In this document: positions 41,499 to 51,418 of the stretch, one piece after another
Numbering within the stretch: position 1 is the first letter of the stretch
How the letters are laid out: each line of letters opens with the position of its first letter
Assembly: GCA_049510745.1 (NCBI GenBank)
Contig: JBEKYR010000006.1
Coordinates: 1-64,000 of the forward strand
Reading direction: 5' to 3'
DNA from: Verrucomicrobiota bacterium
GTDB lineage: Bacteria; Verrucomicrobiota; Verrucomicrobiia; Limisphaerales; Palsa-1400
Length of the DNA: 64,000 bases
Notes under the pieces: model-generated
The model's database searches: none
What the model saw: the letters and a program-made list of their open reading frames with translations, nothing else
Told to the model about the DNA's origin: nothing
Position numbers and translations under genes: made by a program

Positions 41499-44018
41499 CT
41501 AGGGCACTTCCAGACGGTAAAAGCGGGCGGAGAAACTGGCGGCCGCGTCATCCGTGACCACCGCGTTGCCGTTGACCAGTGCCACCGCCTGGAGCGTCTG
41601 CCATGTGGTGAGATTGGTGGAGCACAGCACCGTGGCCTGACTCGCGCCGGGCACCGTCAGCGCAATCTGCACCTCCCCGTTCGGCAACACCGTGACCGCG
41701 CCCGGGCTGATCGTCGGCAAATCAATGATGCTGAAGTTGGCGGCGCTGAACGCAGACATGGCCGAATTCGTCGTACTCTCCACTTGGATGGAATAATCGC
41801 TGCCGGGAACCAGATTGAAACCGGGGGTCCACTTGATGGCGCCGGTGCTGGGGGTGTTGGTGTTGATGGATTCGACCAGCGTGCCACTTTTGTACAGGTT
41901 GACCACCAGATTCTCAGCCAGGTCAGCGTTCCATTGGATGAAGTGAGGCGTGCCCCGCAGCCACACCTCGCCGCCGTTGGGCGAGGTCATTTGGATCATG
42001 GGGGGAACGGTGGCGAAGGAGTTCGTCGCCCAGCCGCTTTCCCCGCCGTCATTGGAGGTGTTGACGCGCCAATAGTAGGTGGTGTTCGTGGCGGCGCCGC
42101 TCCAGACAAAATAGGCGTCCGTCTGATAGGGAATGTCCACCACGGGACTGGCAAAGTCCGGGGTGGTGGCGATCTGGAGGTAATACCAGCCGGCGAAGCC
42201 CACGGGCGACCAGGACAGCCAGATGGGTAACTGCTGGTTGACCGTAACCGTCACGTTGCTGACGGCCATTCCGGGAGCGATGACCTCGTTCGGTTGAACC
42301 CCAGGGTAGGTTTCGACAGTATTCAGAATCGGCGGATACGCCACCTGCGCCACATCAGGATAGCCGAAGATCACCTCGCCGCAATCGCTGCCCTGGGCGG
42401 TAAGTGACAGCGTCGTGGTCAGTTGGCCGAGAACCGGGTTATAGGTCGTCGGCTGGGGCGCAAACACGCCCGAACCGGTTTGAGGCCGGTAATAGACGGT
42501 GAGGTTGGTGGGATTGGCATAGCCGAGACTGCTGGTGCTAAATGTGAAGTCGGCGTTCAGACTGGGCAGGTCGTCTTCCGAAAAGTTCACCCGGATGGGC
42601 AGGACGCACGGGGCGGCTGCGTTGAACTGGGGGTTCACCGGGGCGTAGGGCGCATAAGTGACGTCGAACCGGTCATAACCGCCGCCGCCGCTATTGACCG
42701 TGAGGGACAAACCAGTGCCAGGAAAGTTAGTGAAGGTGTATTTGTCGCTAACGGCCAGATCGAAGGCGGAAGCCGTGACGGCCTGGGACTGCGGCGGATA
42801 AGGAAACCGGAAGGCGCGGTAACTATCTGCGGTCGGATCATTGAAGCGCATTTCGAAAACGACGCTGCCTGCCGGTGTGACCTCCGTGCAGGCGGGGATG
42901 TACTGGTCAATAGAACCACCGACGCCGGGGACGATCTGGGCGCTGCCCCAGCCGATGAACGTATTGCCGTTAGGCAGGCGCTGGGCGCTGCCGTAATGCC
43001 AGGAATACACATTGGTGGCGGGCTTGTAAGACCAGACCAGCGTGGCGATTTTGTTGGTTTCATCGAGCCGGTATTCGTAAACCGCCGAGGAGTAGGTGGC
43101 CTGTTGATTGGCGTTGCAGAAAACCAGGATGTCGCCGTTGGCCAGCCGCGTCACGGTATGGTCGGAAAACTCCGTCAAGGCCTGCCTGGGATTCACGCCC
43201 ACAAAAGTAAACTGGTTGGCCAATCCCCCGATGCGCCACATGATCTGGCCGGTTTGCCGGTTGATTTTCCAGACATCCATTCCAAAGTTGGACACGAGCA
43301 GATTCCCATCGGTATCCATGAAAACCGAGTTCAGATGAAAACCGTCAATCACCGGATTCAGCGCCAACGCGTTGGTCGCGTAGCCATAAGGGCCGTAGTA
43401 ACTGTTGACGGTGAAATGGTCCCAGGTGCGCCATTGGAAGACGACGTTCTGCTGGTCGTCGAGTTCCTGAATGACCGCCCCGGCCAGCAGCGCGTTGGGA
43501 TAGGCGCCGGGAACGAGCAGGCTGAGATTCATCCGCGTCTTGTAGTAGCCGATCAAAAGAACATGGCCGTTGGGCAGCAACTGGAAATCGTGGCAATCGG
43601 CCACATAACCATTGCCGGCCGTGACCGTCCCCGCGGGATTGTCGTTGTTATCGAGCAAGTTGTGGGTGACATCGCCGCCGCCAGTGTAGGAATAGGTGTG
43701 AAATAATTCGCCATAATGCAGGTAACCGTCGGTCAGCGGCTTGAAGTCATACACCTCGTTCGTCGCCGCCTGATACCATAAAGCTGAGGCGTCGTTGGTC
43801 AGGACCATCATATAGAAGGCTCCGTTCGTTCCCGGATCAGTGACCGACAGGAAGATGGAACCGGGCGCCACGGCATTGCTGTTGTACGTCGTCACGGTAA
43901 AGCCGGGAAAATTCGCCGGCACTTGCGCCTTGGCGGCGGGGGCAAACAGAGCGCTTGCCATCACCACGATTGAACTGACCAAGCCAATTGTTTTCATGTT
44001 CATTGTTTTCATGTTCAA
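41499..44018 (-). CDS. Secreted arylsulfotransferase (ASST)-family protein
   Basis: DCHDFQLLPNGH, FHLNSVFMD, DHTVTRL, GSAQRLPNGNTFIGWG; ends FYRLEVP; start ambiguous because of a 15-bp duplication. Confidence 0.85.
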   Translation of the reverse strand: MNMKTMNMKTIGLVSSIVVMASALFAPAAKAQVPANFPGFTVTTYNSNAVAPGSIFLSVTDPGTNGAFYMMVLTNDASALWYQAATNEVYDFKPLTDGYLHYGELFHTYSYTGGGDVTHNLLDNNDNPAGTVTAGNGYVADCHDFQLLPNGHVLLIGYYKTRMNLSLLVPGAYPNALLAGAVIQELDDQQNVVFQWRTWDHFTVNSYYGPYGYATNALALNPVIDGFHLNSVFMDTDGNLLVSNFGMDVWKINRQTGQIMWRIGGLANQFTFVGVNPRQALTEFSDHTVTRLANGDILVFCNANQQATYSSAVYEYRLDETNKIATLVWSYKPATNVYSWHYGSAQRLPNGNTFIGWGSAQIVPGVGGSIDQYIPACTEVTPAGSVVFEMRFNDPTADSYRAFRFPYPPQSQAVTASAFDLAVSDKYTFTNFPGTGLSLTVNSGGGGYDRFDVTYAPYAPVNPQFNAAAPCVLPIRVNFSEDDLPSLNADFTFSTSSLGYANPTNLTVYYRPQTGSGVFAPQPTTYNPVLGQLTTTLSLTAQGSDCGEVIFGYPDVAQVAYPPILNTVETYPGVQPNEVIAPGMAVSNVTVTVNQQLPIWLSWSPVGFAGWYYLQIATTPDFASPVVDIPYQTDAYFVWSGAATNTTYYWRVNTSNDGGESGWATNSFATVPPMIQMTSPNGGEVWLRGTPHFIQWNADLAENLVVNLYKSGTLVESINTNTPSTGAIKWTPGFNLVPGSDYSIQVESTTNSAMSAFSAANFSIIDLPTISPGAVTVLPNGEVQIALTVPGASQATVLCSTNLTTWQTLQAVALVNGNAVVTDDAAASFSARFYRLEVP

Positions 44019-44333
44019 AAACCACCTCTTCTTTTGTTAATTCAGGCCGGCGGCTTGCCGGCGGTCACACTCCCTCGCACGATCGCGCAAACCGAGTCCG
44101 ACGCCCAAGCAAACGCTCAACGGCAATGGAAAACTCCTTGTGCTGCCCACCTTTCGCTTATGCCCCTTTTATGTCATCACTCTTGCGCAATGATCACTCA
44201 GTAGAATCGTTGCAGACTTGTGTTCGTCATTCTAATCACAATTGGTTGTTCCATTACCCCGGGCCTTTGCCGCCCAACTCTGCTCCAAAACCAGACTAGA
44301 TCTCCATCTTCGATTTGTCAATCCACCGTTCTT

Positions 44334-44477
44334 GCAATATCCGGCAACGTAAACCCGCCCCTCCTCCTCAAGCTGGAAGACGAGGGAGACGTTCACGGTT
44401 CGGGGGCTGCCTGGTTTTGATCCGCCGATGTAAATGAAGTCCACCGGCTTGTTTTTCAGCATCCCTTCAATGAACAT
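44334..44477 (-). pseudogene. WYL-like domain fragment
   Basis: VDFIYIGGSKPGSPRTVNVSLVFQ...VYVAGYC, lacking the following RxFRLDRI part. Confidence 0.45.
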
Positions 44478-44502
44478 TCTGGCCAAGGGAGCTGCCAAGC
44501 AC

Positions 44503-44727
44503 TTAAACCGAGCTGGGCGCCAAGGCAAAATTCAGGGGCGGCCGTCCTTTCATTGGCTGGCTCAAGACGGTTTCATGGGCGAACAGCGAAACCCACTCCT
44601 TGGCTTCGGTGTAATCTTGGTCGCTTCCTCCTACCAAATCATGTTTCCCGTCCGCCCGTTGAATGAGCCGAGCATGGCCGAAGGTGATGAGGATTCTGGC
44701 TGGTTGGATGATGCAATTCATTTTCAT
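44503..44727 (-). CDS. Small hypothetical protein
   Basis: FGHARLIQRADGKHDLVGGSDQDYTEAKEWVSLFAHE; globular-looking 74-aa ORF. Confidence 0.55.
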   Translation of the reverse strand: MKMNCIIQPARILITFGHARLIQRADGKHDLVGGSDQDYTEAKEWVSLFAHETVLSQPMKGRPPLNFALAPSSV

Positions 44728-44994
44728 GCCGGCATTTTATCCGGCGACCTGGACAAAGGCTGTCCAAGTCAGGGATTTACTTGCGGATCCGAGGACTGGG
44801 CAAAGGCTGGTTCGGGCAGGACGGAGATGGGGCTGACTGAGGGGAGTAAACCGCTCAATCCGGAATTCGCAGCTTTAAAGTTCGAGTGTTTGGACGTTTA
44901 TGAACACCAAAGACATACCGGAACATCCTTGAACTTGTTGTTACCAAGCGTTGTTACTTACGCACTGATTTACATAAGTTGTTTATAATTAGGA

Positions 44995-45070
44995 TGGTGG
45001 AGCCGAGGGGAGTCGAACCCCTGACCTTCTCATTGCGAACGAGACGCTCTGCCAACTGAGCTACGACCCC
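44995..45070 (-). tRNA. tRNA-Ala(CGC), second full copy
   Basis: 76 nt, identical to 22522-22597 except one D-loop base (GGCAGAGC vs GGTAGAGC). Confidence 0.93.
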
Positions 45071-45158
45071 AACCAGTTTACGATGAACTACTTACAACAG
45101 TAACACCCGCCTGCGATTTTTCGCTTGCACGCATTTTGTACGCAGTATGGTGGAATGC

Positions 45159-45523
45159 ATGAGCGAAATGCATTCACGGAACAACGAATTCCTTCGCGTC
45201 GGCGAGAATCTGTATCGGTATTCATCAAACGGAGTGTACTATGCCCGCTTCAGGAGCAAAGGCAAGAGAATTCGTTTCAGAGAATTCGTTTCAGTTTGCA
45301 CACCACTGACCGGGTGCTTGCGAAGCGACGGCTTGAGGAGGAAATCAAGAAAGCCGCCGCCATTGACCGGAAAGCCGGCAAGATGTCGTTGGAGGAACTG
45401 CTGCGCCTCTACGAGGAAAGACTCGGCCAGTATACGCCGAAGACCATCGCCACACGCCAATCGATTTTCAGAATCTTCAAGCGAATCTGGCCTCATGGCC
45501 TCGACATTCCCGTTCATTCGGTC
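45159..45523 (+). pseudogene. Tyrosine integrase N-terminal remnant, frameshifted and truncated
   Basis: FLRVGENLYRYSSNGVYYARFRSKGKRI / RFSLHTTDRVLAKRRL...; the 14-bp tandem duplication AGAATTCGTTTCAG (45267-45294) shifts the frame; no catalytic domain. Confidence 0.75.
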
Positions 45524-45811
45524 AACTCCTCCGCTGACCAGGGTTGGAGTCGGAGGCAAAAGCTCAGACGGGCCAACAAGGGCGCGTTGATGCCCATTTG
45601 CAAGCGGGGCAGGAGTTGTTCGTCGCCGACCAGCAGCAAGCTAAAGGGCGGCTGGGTGTCGCGGCGGTCGCAACTCAACAGACGCACTTCCTCCAACGCG
45701 GGGGCGCTGAGGTTTTGCGCCTCGTCGATCACCACCACCGGCCAAAGGCGGTCCAACTGTTGCCAGCCTTGGCGGATCAGCAGCACGTTGTCGCTGCGGC
45801 GCATGCGATGA
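45514..45811 (-). pseudogene. ExeA-like AAA ATPase internal fragment (transposon helper type)
   Basis: VVVIDEAQNL Walker B, LEEVRLL, LLLVG; Walker A missing. Confidence 0.7.
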
Positions 45812-45815
45812 TAAA

Positions 45816-46190
45816 ATGAGCGACACTGCATTGCGAGCAGGCACGAATAGTTCCTCGACAGCCTCGTCTCAATTCGCCGAATCCCTGCTGGCGTATCGGC
45901 AAGGCCACTTCGCCACCGCCGCGGAATGGGCGGTGAAAGCGCTGGCCACTCCAGGCGTCAACGAACGCGATGTGGAGTCATGGATGGTTCTGGCGATGTC
46001 CAAACAACAGTTGGGAGAAGTCAATGAGGCCAGCGCCGCTTTGGCCAAAGGCCTCGAAATCGCTGAAACCAAACTGCCAAAACTCGAGAATGGCGATCTC
46101 GGCGACAACTGGGGAGACTGGATCATCGCTCGTGCGCTGATGACAGAAACCAAGGCGCTCATCGAGGGTCCATCGGCGACGGGCCGGTGA
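45816..46190 (+). pseudogene. C-terminal TPR fragment typical of Ser/Thr kinase-TPR proteins
   Basis: LAYRQGHFATAAEWAVKAL...MVLAMSKQQLG...WGDWIIARALMTETKALI. Confidence 0.55.
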
Positions 46191-46561
46191 ACTTGACTCT
46201 GACAATACCTGAAAAGCCCGGCCCATCCGCGAAGTGAGGTTTCGGCGATTGGCGGTACTCTGCCGGCTTCAACTCCGCGGCGACGGGCGGCCTTGGCGCT
46301 CCCAAAAGGTGTGACCAACACGAACGGAGCCCTCAACGAACCCGAGATTTCGCCCACAAAGCGGTTCGAGAGCCGACAGTGACGGTGTAAACTTTCCAGT
46401 TGTAAGACACCTGACCATCAGGTAGTTGGCATTCCCTTTGCCGGCCCGATTTTGATTCGATCAAATTAATTTGCCCTTTTGTCCCTGGAATCTTGCATTG
46501 GTTAACGGTGAGCCAAACTGCTCACGCACTGAAAATGAAAATTTAGCAGAAAAGGCCCATT

Positions 46562-49087
46562 ATGATTCATCCGAACCATTTCAAGAATCTGGCGGCGCGT
46601 CCGCGCGCCGGTTATTTCCTTAACCTGCTCCTGCTGGCTGGTTTGCTAGCGGTCAGCGCCCAGGCCGGCGTGATCGTAACCACCCTTCATTCATTCTCGG
46701 CTGCCACCAATGGGGCAAATCCCCATTCCGCGCTGGTGCAGGGCAGCGACGGCAATCTCTATGGCACGACCGAAGTCGGCGGCCTTTACGGTCATGGCAC
46801 CGTGTTCAAAATCAGCACCAATGGGGCGCTGAGCAGTTTGTATTCCTTCACCGGAGGCCATGATGGCGCGGGTCCCGGGGCCGGGCTGGTGCAGGGCAGC
46901 GACGACAATTTCTATGGCACAACTTACGGGGCCGGCCTTCACAATTATGGCACCGTTTTCAAAATCAGCAGCAATGGGGTGTTCACCAGTTTGTATTCGT
47001 TCGGCGAGATCCCCTATGATGGCACCTATCCCGAAGCCGGGCTGGTGCAGGGCAGCGACGGCAATCTCTATGGCACGACTTCGCAAGGCGGCTCGGGGAG
47101 CGAGGGCACGGTGTTCCAAATCAGCAGCAATGGGTCTTACCGCAGTTTGTTTTCATTCTGGTGGCCCGGTGGGAGCCCCTCAGACGGCGCGCTGGTGCAG
47201 GGCAGTGACGGCTGTTTGTACGGCACGAGTTCCGACTCCCATGACGGCACCGGTATCGTGTTCAAAATCAGCACCAATGGGGTGCAAACGGAATTGTACG
47301 ACTTCAGTTGGGGCGAAAATATCTATTTTTATGGCGGGCTGGTGCAGGGCAGCGACGGCAATTTCTATGGCAAGGCTACCTACGGCGTGGTTAATCCGGG
47401 TTTCGTGTTCCAATTCAGCACCAATGGGGTTTTCACGATTTTGTATTCATTTCCCTACCAGTTTTTTGGAAGCGGTGGACTGGTGCAGGACAGCGGTGGT
47501 TATTTGTATGGCACGACTTCTTATGGAGGTGACACCAATCTGAACGACGGGGAAGGCTATGGCTTTGTGTTCCAAATGAGCACCAACGGAGTGCTGAACA
47601 CTTTGTATTCTTTCACCAACGGAAATGACGGCGAGTATCCCGAGGCCGGTCTGGTGCAGGGCAGCGACGGCAATTTCTATGGCACGACTGAAGATGGTGG
47701 CACGAGTGGGTTGGGCAGCGTGTTCCAAGTCACCACGAATGGGGTGCTGACCAGCTTATACTCATTCCCCGGCGGCTATGACGGTTCATATCCCCAAGCC
47801 GTGCTGGCGCAGGGCAACGGCGGCAATTTCTATGGCACCACTTCCGGCCTCCTTCCAGGTTACGGCCCCTATGGGAATGGCTCTGTGTTCAAAATCAGCG
47901 CCGATGGGGCGTACACCAATTTGTATTCCTTCACGGGCGGCAATGATGGCGAGAATCCCACTGCCGGCCTGCTACAGGGCAGCGACGGCAATTTCTATGG
48001 CACGACTGAAGCAGGCGGCTCAACGAACGACGCTGGCACCGTGTTCAAAATCAGTACCAATGGGTTGGAAACCGTTTTGTATTCTTTCTCCGGCGGCATT
48101 GATGGCGCCGTTCCCAATGGGCTGGTGCAGGGCGGCGACGGCAATTTCTATGGCACGACCGAAGGCGGCGGCACGAACGATGCCGGCACCGTGTTCAAAT
48201 TCAGCACCAATGGAGCGCTGACCAGTTTGTATTCCTTCACCGGCACTACGGATGGTGCGATTCCTTATGCCGGGCTGGCGCAAGGCAGCGACGGCAGTTT
48301 CTATGGCACGACTTGGCAAGGCGGCATCAACAACTGGGGGACGGTATTCAAGATCAGCCCTGCTGGGGCGCTAACCACTTTGTATTCCTTCTCCGACGAC
48401 AATGATGGCGCAAATCCCTATGCCGGGCTGGTGCAGGGGAGCGACGGCAATTTCTATGGCACGACTGAAGGCGGGGGCACGAACTACGCTGGCACGGTGT
48501 TCAAAATCAGCTCCAACGGGGCCTTGACCAGCTTGTATTCATTCCCCACTGGCTTCACGCTACATCATGGGCCCTATTACATTGCACATCCCGCTACCGG
48601 GCTGGTGCAGGGCAGCGACGGCAATTTCTATGGCACGACATACCGCGGCGGCACAGCAAAATCCAGCCCCATATCCGGTACTCCCGGCGTGGGCACCGTG
48701 TTCCAAATCAGCACCAACGGGGTGTTCACCAGTTTGTATTTATTCCAAGTCTATGATGGCGAGTATCCCCGAGCCGGGCTGGTGCAGGGCGGTGACGGCC
48801 GTTTCTATGGCACGACATCCCAAGGCGGCGGCAGCGGATACGGGACCGTTTTCCGGATGACCATTGTGCCGGAATTCCAGGCGGTAACCCTGGCCAGCAG
48901 CACGTTGAGTTTGACCTGGAGCACGGAGGCTGGAGGCACGTATCAGTTGCAGTACAGTTCCGACTTGAACTCGGGCAACTGGACCAACCTGGACAACCCC
49001 GTTACCGCCACCGGGGCGACGCTCGACACCACCGACTCCGTCACGAACGCTCCGCAACGGTTTTACCGACTGGTGCTCTCTCCGTAA
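46562..49087 (+). CDS. Secreted Gloeo_Verruco (GloVer) tandem-repeat protein with the shared C-terminal domain
   Basis: About 14 repeats LVQGSDGNFYGTTxxGG...GTVFKISTNG...LYSF; signal peptide; ends FYRLVLSP. Confidence 0.93.
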   Translation: MIHPNHFKNLAARPRAGYFLNLLLLAGLLAVSAQAGVIVTTLHSFSAATNGANPHSALVQGSDGNLYGTTEVGGLYGHGTVFKISTNGALSSLYSFTGGHDGAGPGAGLVQGSDDNFYGTTYGAGLHNYGTVFKISSNGVFTSLYSFGEIPYDGTYPEAGLVQGSDGNLYGTTSQGGSGSEGTVFQISSNGSYRSLFSFWWPGGSPSDGALVQGSDGCLYGTSSDSHDGTGIVFKISTNGVQTELYDFSWGENIYFYGGLVQGSDGNFYGKATYGVVNPGFVFQFSTNGVFTILYSFPYQFFGSGGLVQDSGGYLYGTTSYGGDTNLNDGEGYGFVFQMSTNGVLNTLYSFTNGNDGEYPEAGLVQGSDGNFYGTTEDGGTSGLGSVFQVTTNGVLTSLYSFPGGYDGSYPQAVLAQGNGGNFYGTTSGLLPGYGPYGNGSVFKISADGAYTNLYSFTGGNDGENPTAGLLQGSDGNFYGTTEAGGSTNDAGTVFKISTNGLETVLYSFSGGIDGAVPNGLVQGGDGNFYGTTEGGGTNDAGTVFKFSTNGALTSLYSFTGTTDGAIPYAGLAQGSDGSFYGTTWQGGINNWGTVFKISPAGALTTLYSFSDDNDGANPYAGLVQGSDGNFYGTTEGGGTNYAGTVFKISSNGALTSLYSFPTGFTLHHGPYYIAHPATGLVQGSDGNFYGTTYRGGTAKSSPISGTPGVGTVFQISTNGVFTSLYLFQVYDGEYPRAGLVQGGDGRFYGTTSQGGGSGYGTVFRMTIVPEFQAVTLASSTLSLTWSTEAGGTYQLQYSSDLNSGNWTNLDNPVTATGATLDTTDSVTNAPQRFYRLVLSP

Positions 49088-49138
49088 GGATTGCATGTTT
49101 TCTATCCCAACGCCGGAGAATCTGATAATACTCGCTGG

Positions 49139-49340
49139 TTGAGCGACGTTACCCGCATTTTTGCGTCCATCGAGCACGGCGATTGTGGGCAGGGGCTGCA
49201 ATTTCTTCCTTCCCCCCGAAAGGAAGATCGGCCTGTGCCTCGTAGCCCCCCTGGATCTGAGGATACAGAATACGATGAAAGAACTTGGACTCCCTGAGAA
49301 AGAGGCACGAAAGCACATTTCCAAGCTGGAAGAGAACTTG
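49139..49340 (+). pseudogene. Fused shards: ECF sigma factor N-terminus plus cytidylate-kinase-like internal fragment
   Basis: (M)SDVTRIFASIEHGD at 49139-49183, then in another frame IVGRGCNFFLPPERKIGLCLVAPLDLRIQNTMKELGLPEKEARKHISKLEE. Confidence 0.55.
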
Positions 49341-49580
49341 TGCATAATCCACTTTCTTGCGGGCATTGGTTAACCGTAATCCTCTTTTCGTCCGTGTTCT
49401 TTCCAAAAACCAAAAAACACAAATCTGCTTGCATATTCATAAACCTGTGTCATATTTCCGCCGTGCGAGGACCCGCTCTTTGACATAAAGCCAAGTCGCC
49501 GGAAAACCTCCTGGTCCCCCGCCGCAGGACGGACCCCGGCCGCCAGCAATGGCGTCATTCACGACCGCCGCATGGCCAAT

Positions 49581-49680
49581 CGTGCCAAATCGGGCTGAAT
49601 CGTGCCAAATCGTGCCGAATCGTGCTGAATCGTGCCGAATCGTGCCAAATCGTGCCAAATCGTGCCAAATCGTGCCAAAA
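49581..49680. repeat. 10-bp tandem repeat CGTGC(C/T)(A/G)AAT x10, plus about 1.5 copies at 49800-49815
   Basis: Directly visible in the sequence; no spacers between units. Confidence 0.95.
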
Positions 49681-49987
49681 AAAGAAAAATCTCAACCACG
49701 ATTGATAAACCAGACTATAAACGAAAATCCGTTTTCGGGCCTTCGGCACTATTCGTCCGCCCTTTTAGCGTTTAGCCTTCAGCCTTTCCTCCGCTCAATC
49801 GTGCCAAATCGTGCCCGTTTCGCAATCAACCATCAGAACCACGACCGAAACACAGCGTAATACTCCCGGAGTTTTTTGAAACAAACCTCCACCCGCCGGT
49901 GTCTGAAAGATTGAACCGCGTCGGCCCAACAGCGCGCGACGCCGGCTCACTATGACCAATGCTTGTCCAAACGACACTGGCGCCTTT

Positions 49988-51373
49988 ATGAAAAAACTTC
50001 TCGCTCTCACCCTCGCGGCGACCGTTTGGGCCGCCTTGACCGGCTGCAAAGTTCACCTTTTCACCTCTTCCGGCAATTGGTCGGACGCCGATTTGAAGGC
50101 CGTCACCAACTTCATCCAAAACGCCGAAATACCGGCCAGCCTCAAAAACCTGCAAGTGGACAACCGCAACGGAGCCATCCACATCACCGGCACGGAAAAC
50201 GGGCCTGCCCGCTGGACCTGGAAGGTCGCCGTCCGCGCTCGCACCGATGCCATCGCCCAACAGATCGCGGCCGGCGTCCGCTGCGACACGGAACTGGATG
50301 GCGGCCGTCTCAAGCTGGCGGTCTCAGTGCCCGAATCCAGGGAGCCGCACAGCATCCAATCCGATTTTGAAATCAGCGCGCCGAAATTTGCGGCCGTCCG
50401 CACCCAAACCCACTTTGGCAAGACCGATCTTGCCGACCTCGGAGGCGATGTCGAAGCCGCGGACCAAAACGGCGACATGGAAATCCACCACGTTGGCGGC
50501 CACGTCCGCGCTCAAACCTCTTTCGCCAGCCTCGCCGTCAGCGACACCGGCCCAGCCACTTTGAAAAACCAGAACGGCGACATCCAAGCCACCCGCATCG
50601 GCGGCCCATTGGAGGCTGAAACCAGTTTTGCCTCGCTGATCGCCCAGGACATCCGCGGGCCGGCTTCGCTGGCCAACCAGAACGGCGACATCAAGGCCAC
50701 TGCCATCGGCGGTTTGTTGGACGCCAAAACCAGCTTTGCCTCCCTCGTCGCCCGCGACATTCACGGCCCGGCGTCGCTGACCAATCAAAACGGAAAGATC
50801 GAAGCCACCGCTATCGCCGGGGCCTTGAAAGCCAAGACCAGCTTTGCCTCCCTCGTCGCGCACGACATCGGCGGCCCCGTTCACTTGCGCGATCAAAACG
50901 GAAGCGTCGATGTCGTCCAGGCCAGGGGCGACGCCGACATCAAAACTTCCTTCGACAGATTGAGCGTCGAAGGAATCGAAGGCGATGCGGTCCTGATGAA
51001 CCAGAACGGCGGGGTGGCGGCCAGCGGCGTCACCGGCTCCGTCAAGGCCGACACTTCCTTTGCCGCCTTGGAAATCAAGGGCGCCGGTTCGGAGTTTGTC
51101 TGCCACAACCAAATGGGCGCCATCCGCCTCCGCGCCACTTCCACCGCCCTCACCCACATTGAAGCCAGCACCTCTTTCGACACCCTGGAATTGCATCTGC
51201 CGGCCGAACTGAAACCGGCCATCCAGGCCCGAACCACTTTTGGCGACATCCAATCCGACTTCCCGGTCCTCATGAAACCGGGCGGCGCGGACGCTTTTGC
51301 CGATGTTGCCCCCGGCACACCGCGCGCCACCTTGCGCAACCAAAACGGCAACATTCGCGTTCTCCGCGATTAA
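49988..51373 (+). CDS. DUF4097-like beta-strand repeat lipoprotein (putative adhesin domain)
   Basis: Lipobox ALTGC; alternating NQNGDI / KTSFASL repeats. Confidence 0.8.
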   Translation: MKKLLALTLAATVWAALTGCKVHLFTSSGNWSDADLKAVTNFIQNAEIPASLKNLQVDNRNGAIHITGTENGPARWTWKVAVRARTDAIAQQIAAGVRCDTELDGGRLKLAVSVPESREPHSIQSDFEISAPKFAAVRTQTHFGKTDLADLGGDVEAADQNGDMEIHHVGGHVRAQTSFASLAVSDTGPATLKNQNGDIQATRIGGPLEAETSFASLIAQDIRGPASLANQNGDIKATAIGGLLDAKTSFASLVARDIHGPASLTNQNGKIEATAIAGALKAKTSFASLVAHDIGGPVHLRDQNGSVDVVQARGDADIKTSFDRLSVEGIEGDAVLMNQNGGVAASGVTGSVKADTSFAALEIKGAGSEFVCHNQMGAIRLRATSTALTHIEASTSFDTLELHLPAELKPAIQARTTFGDIQSDFPVLMKPGGADAFADVAPGTPRATLRNQNGNIRVLRD

Positions 51374-51418
51374 ACCGCCCTTTGAAGCTGGAGCGGTTCA
51401 ATCCGCCTCCGCCGGCTA

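Noticed and set aside
36535..43706. Several long plus-strand ORFs (462, 694, 459, 427 aa)
   Set aside because: Antisense shadows of the ASST genes
49581..49680. Possible CRISPR array
   Set aside because: 10-bp units without unique spacers, and no cas genes in the window
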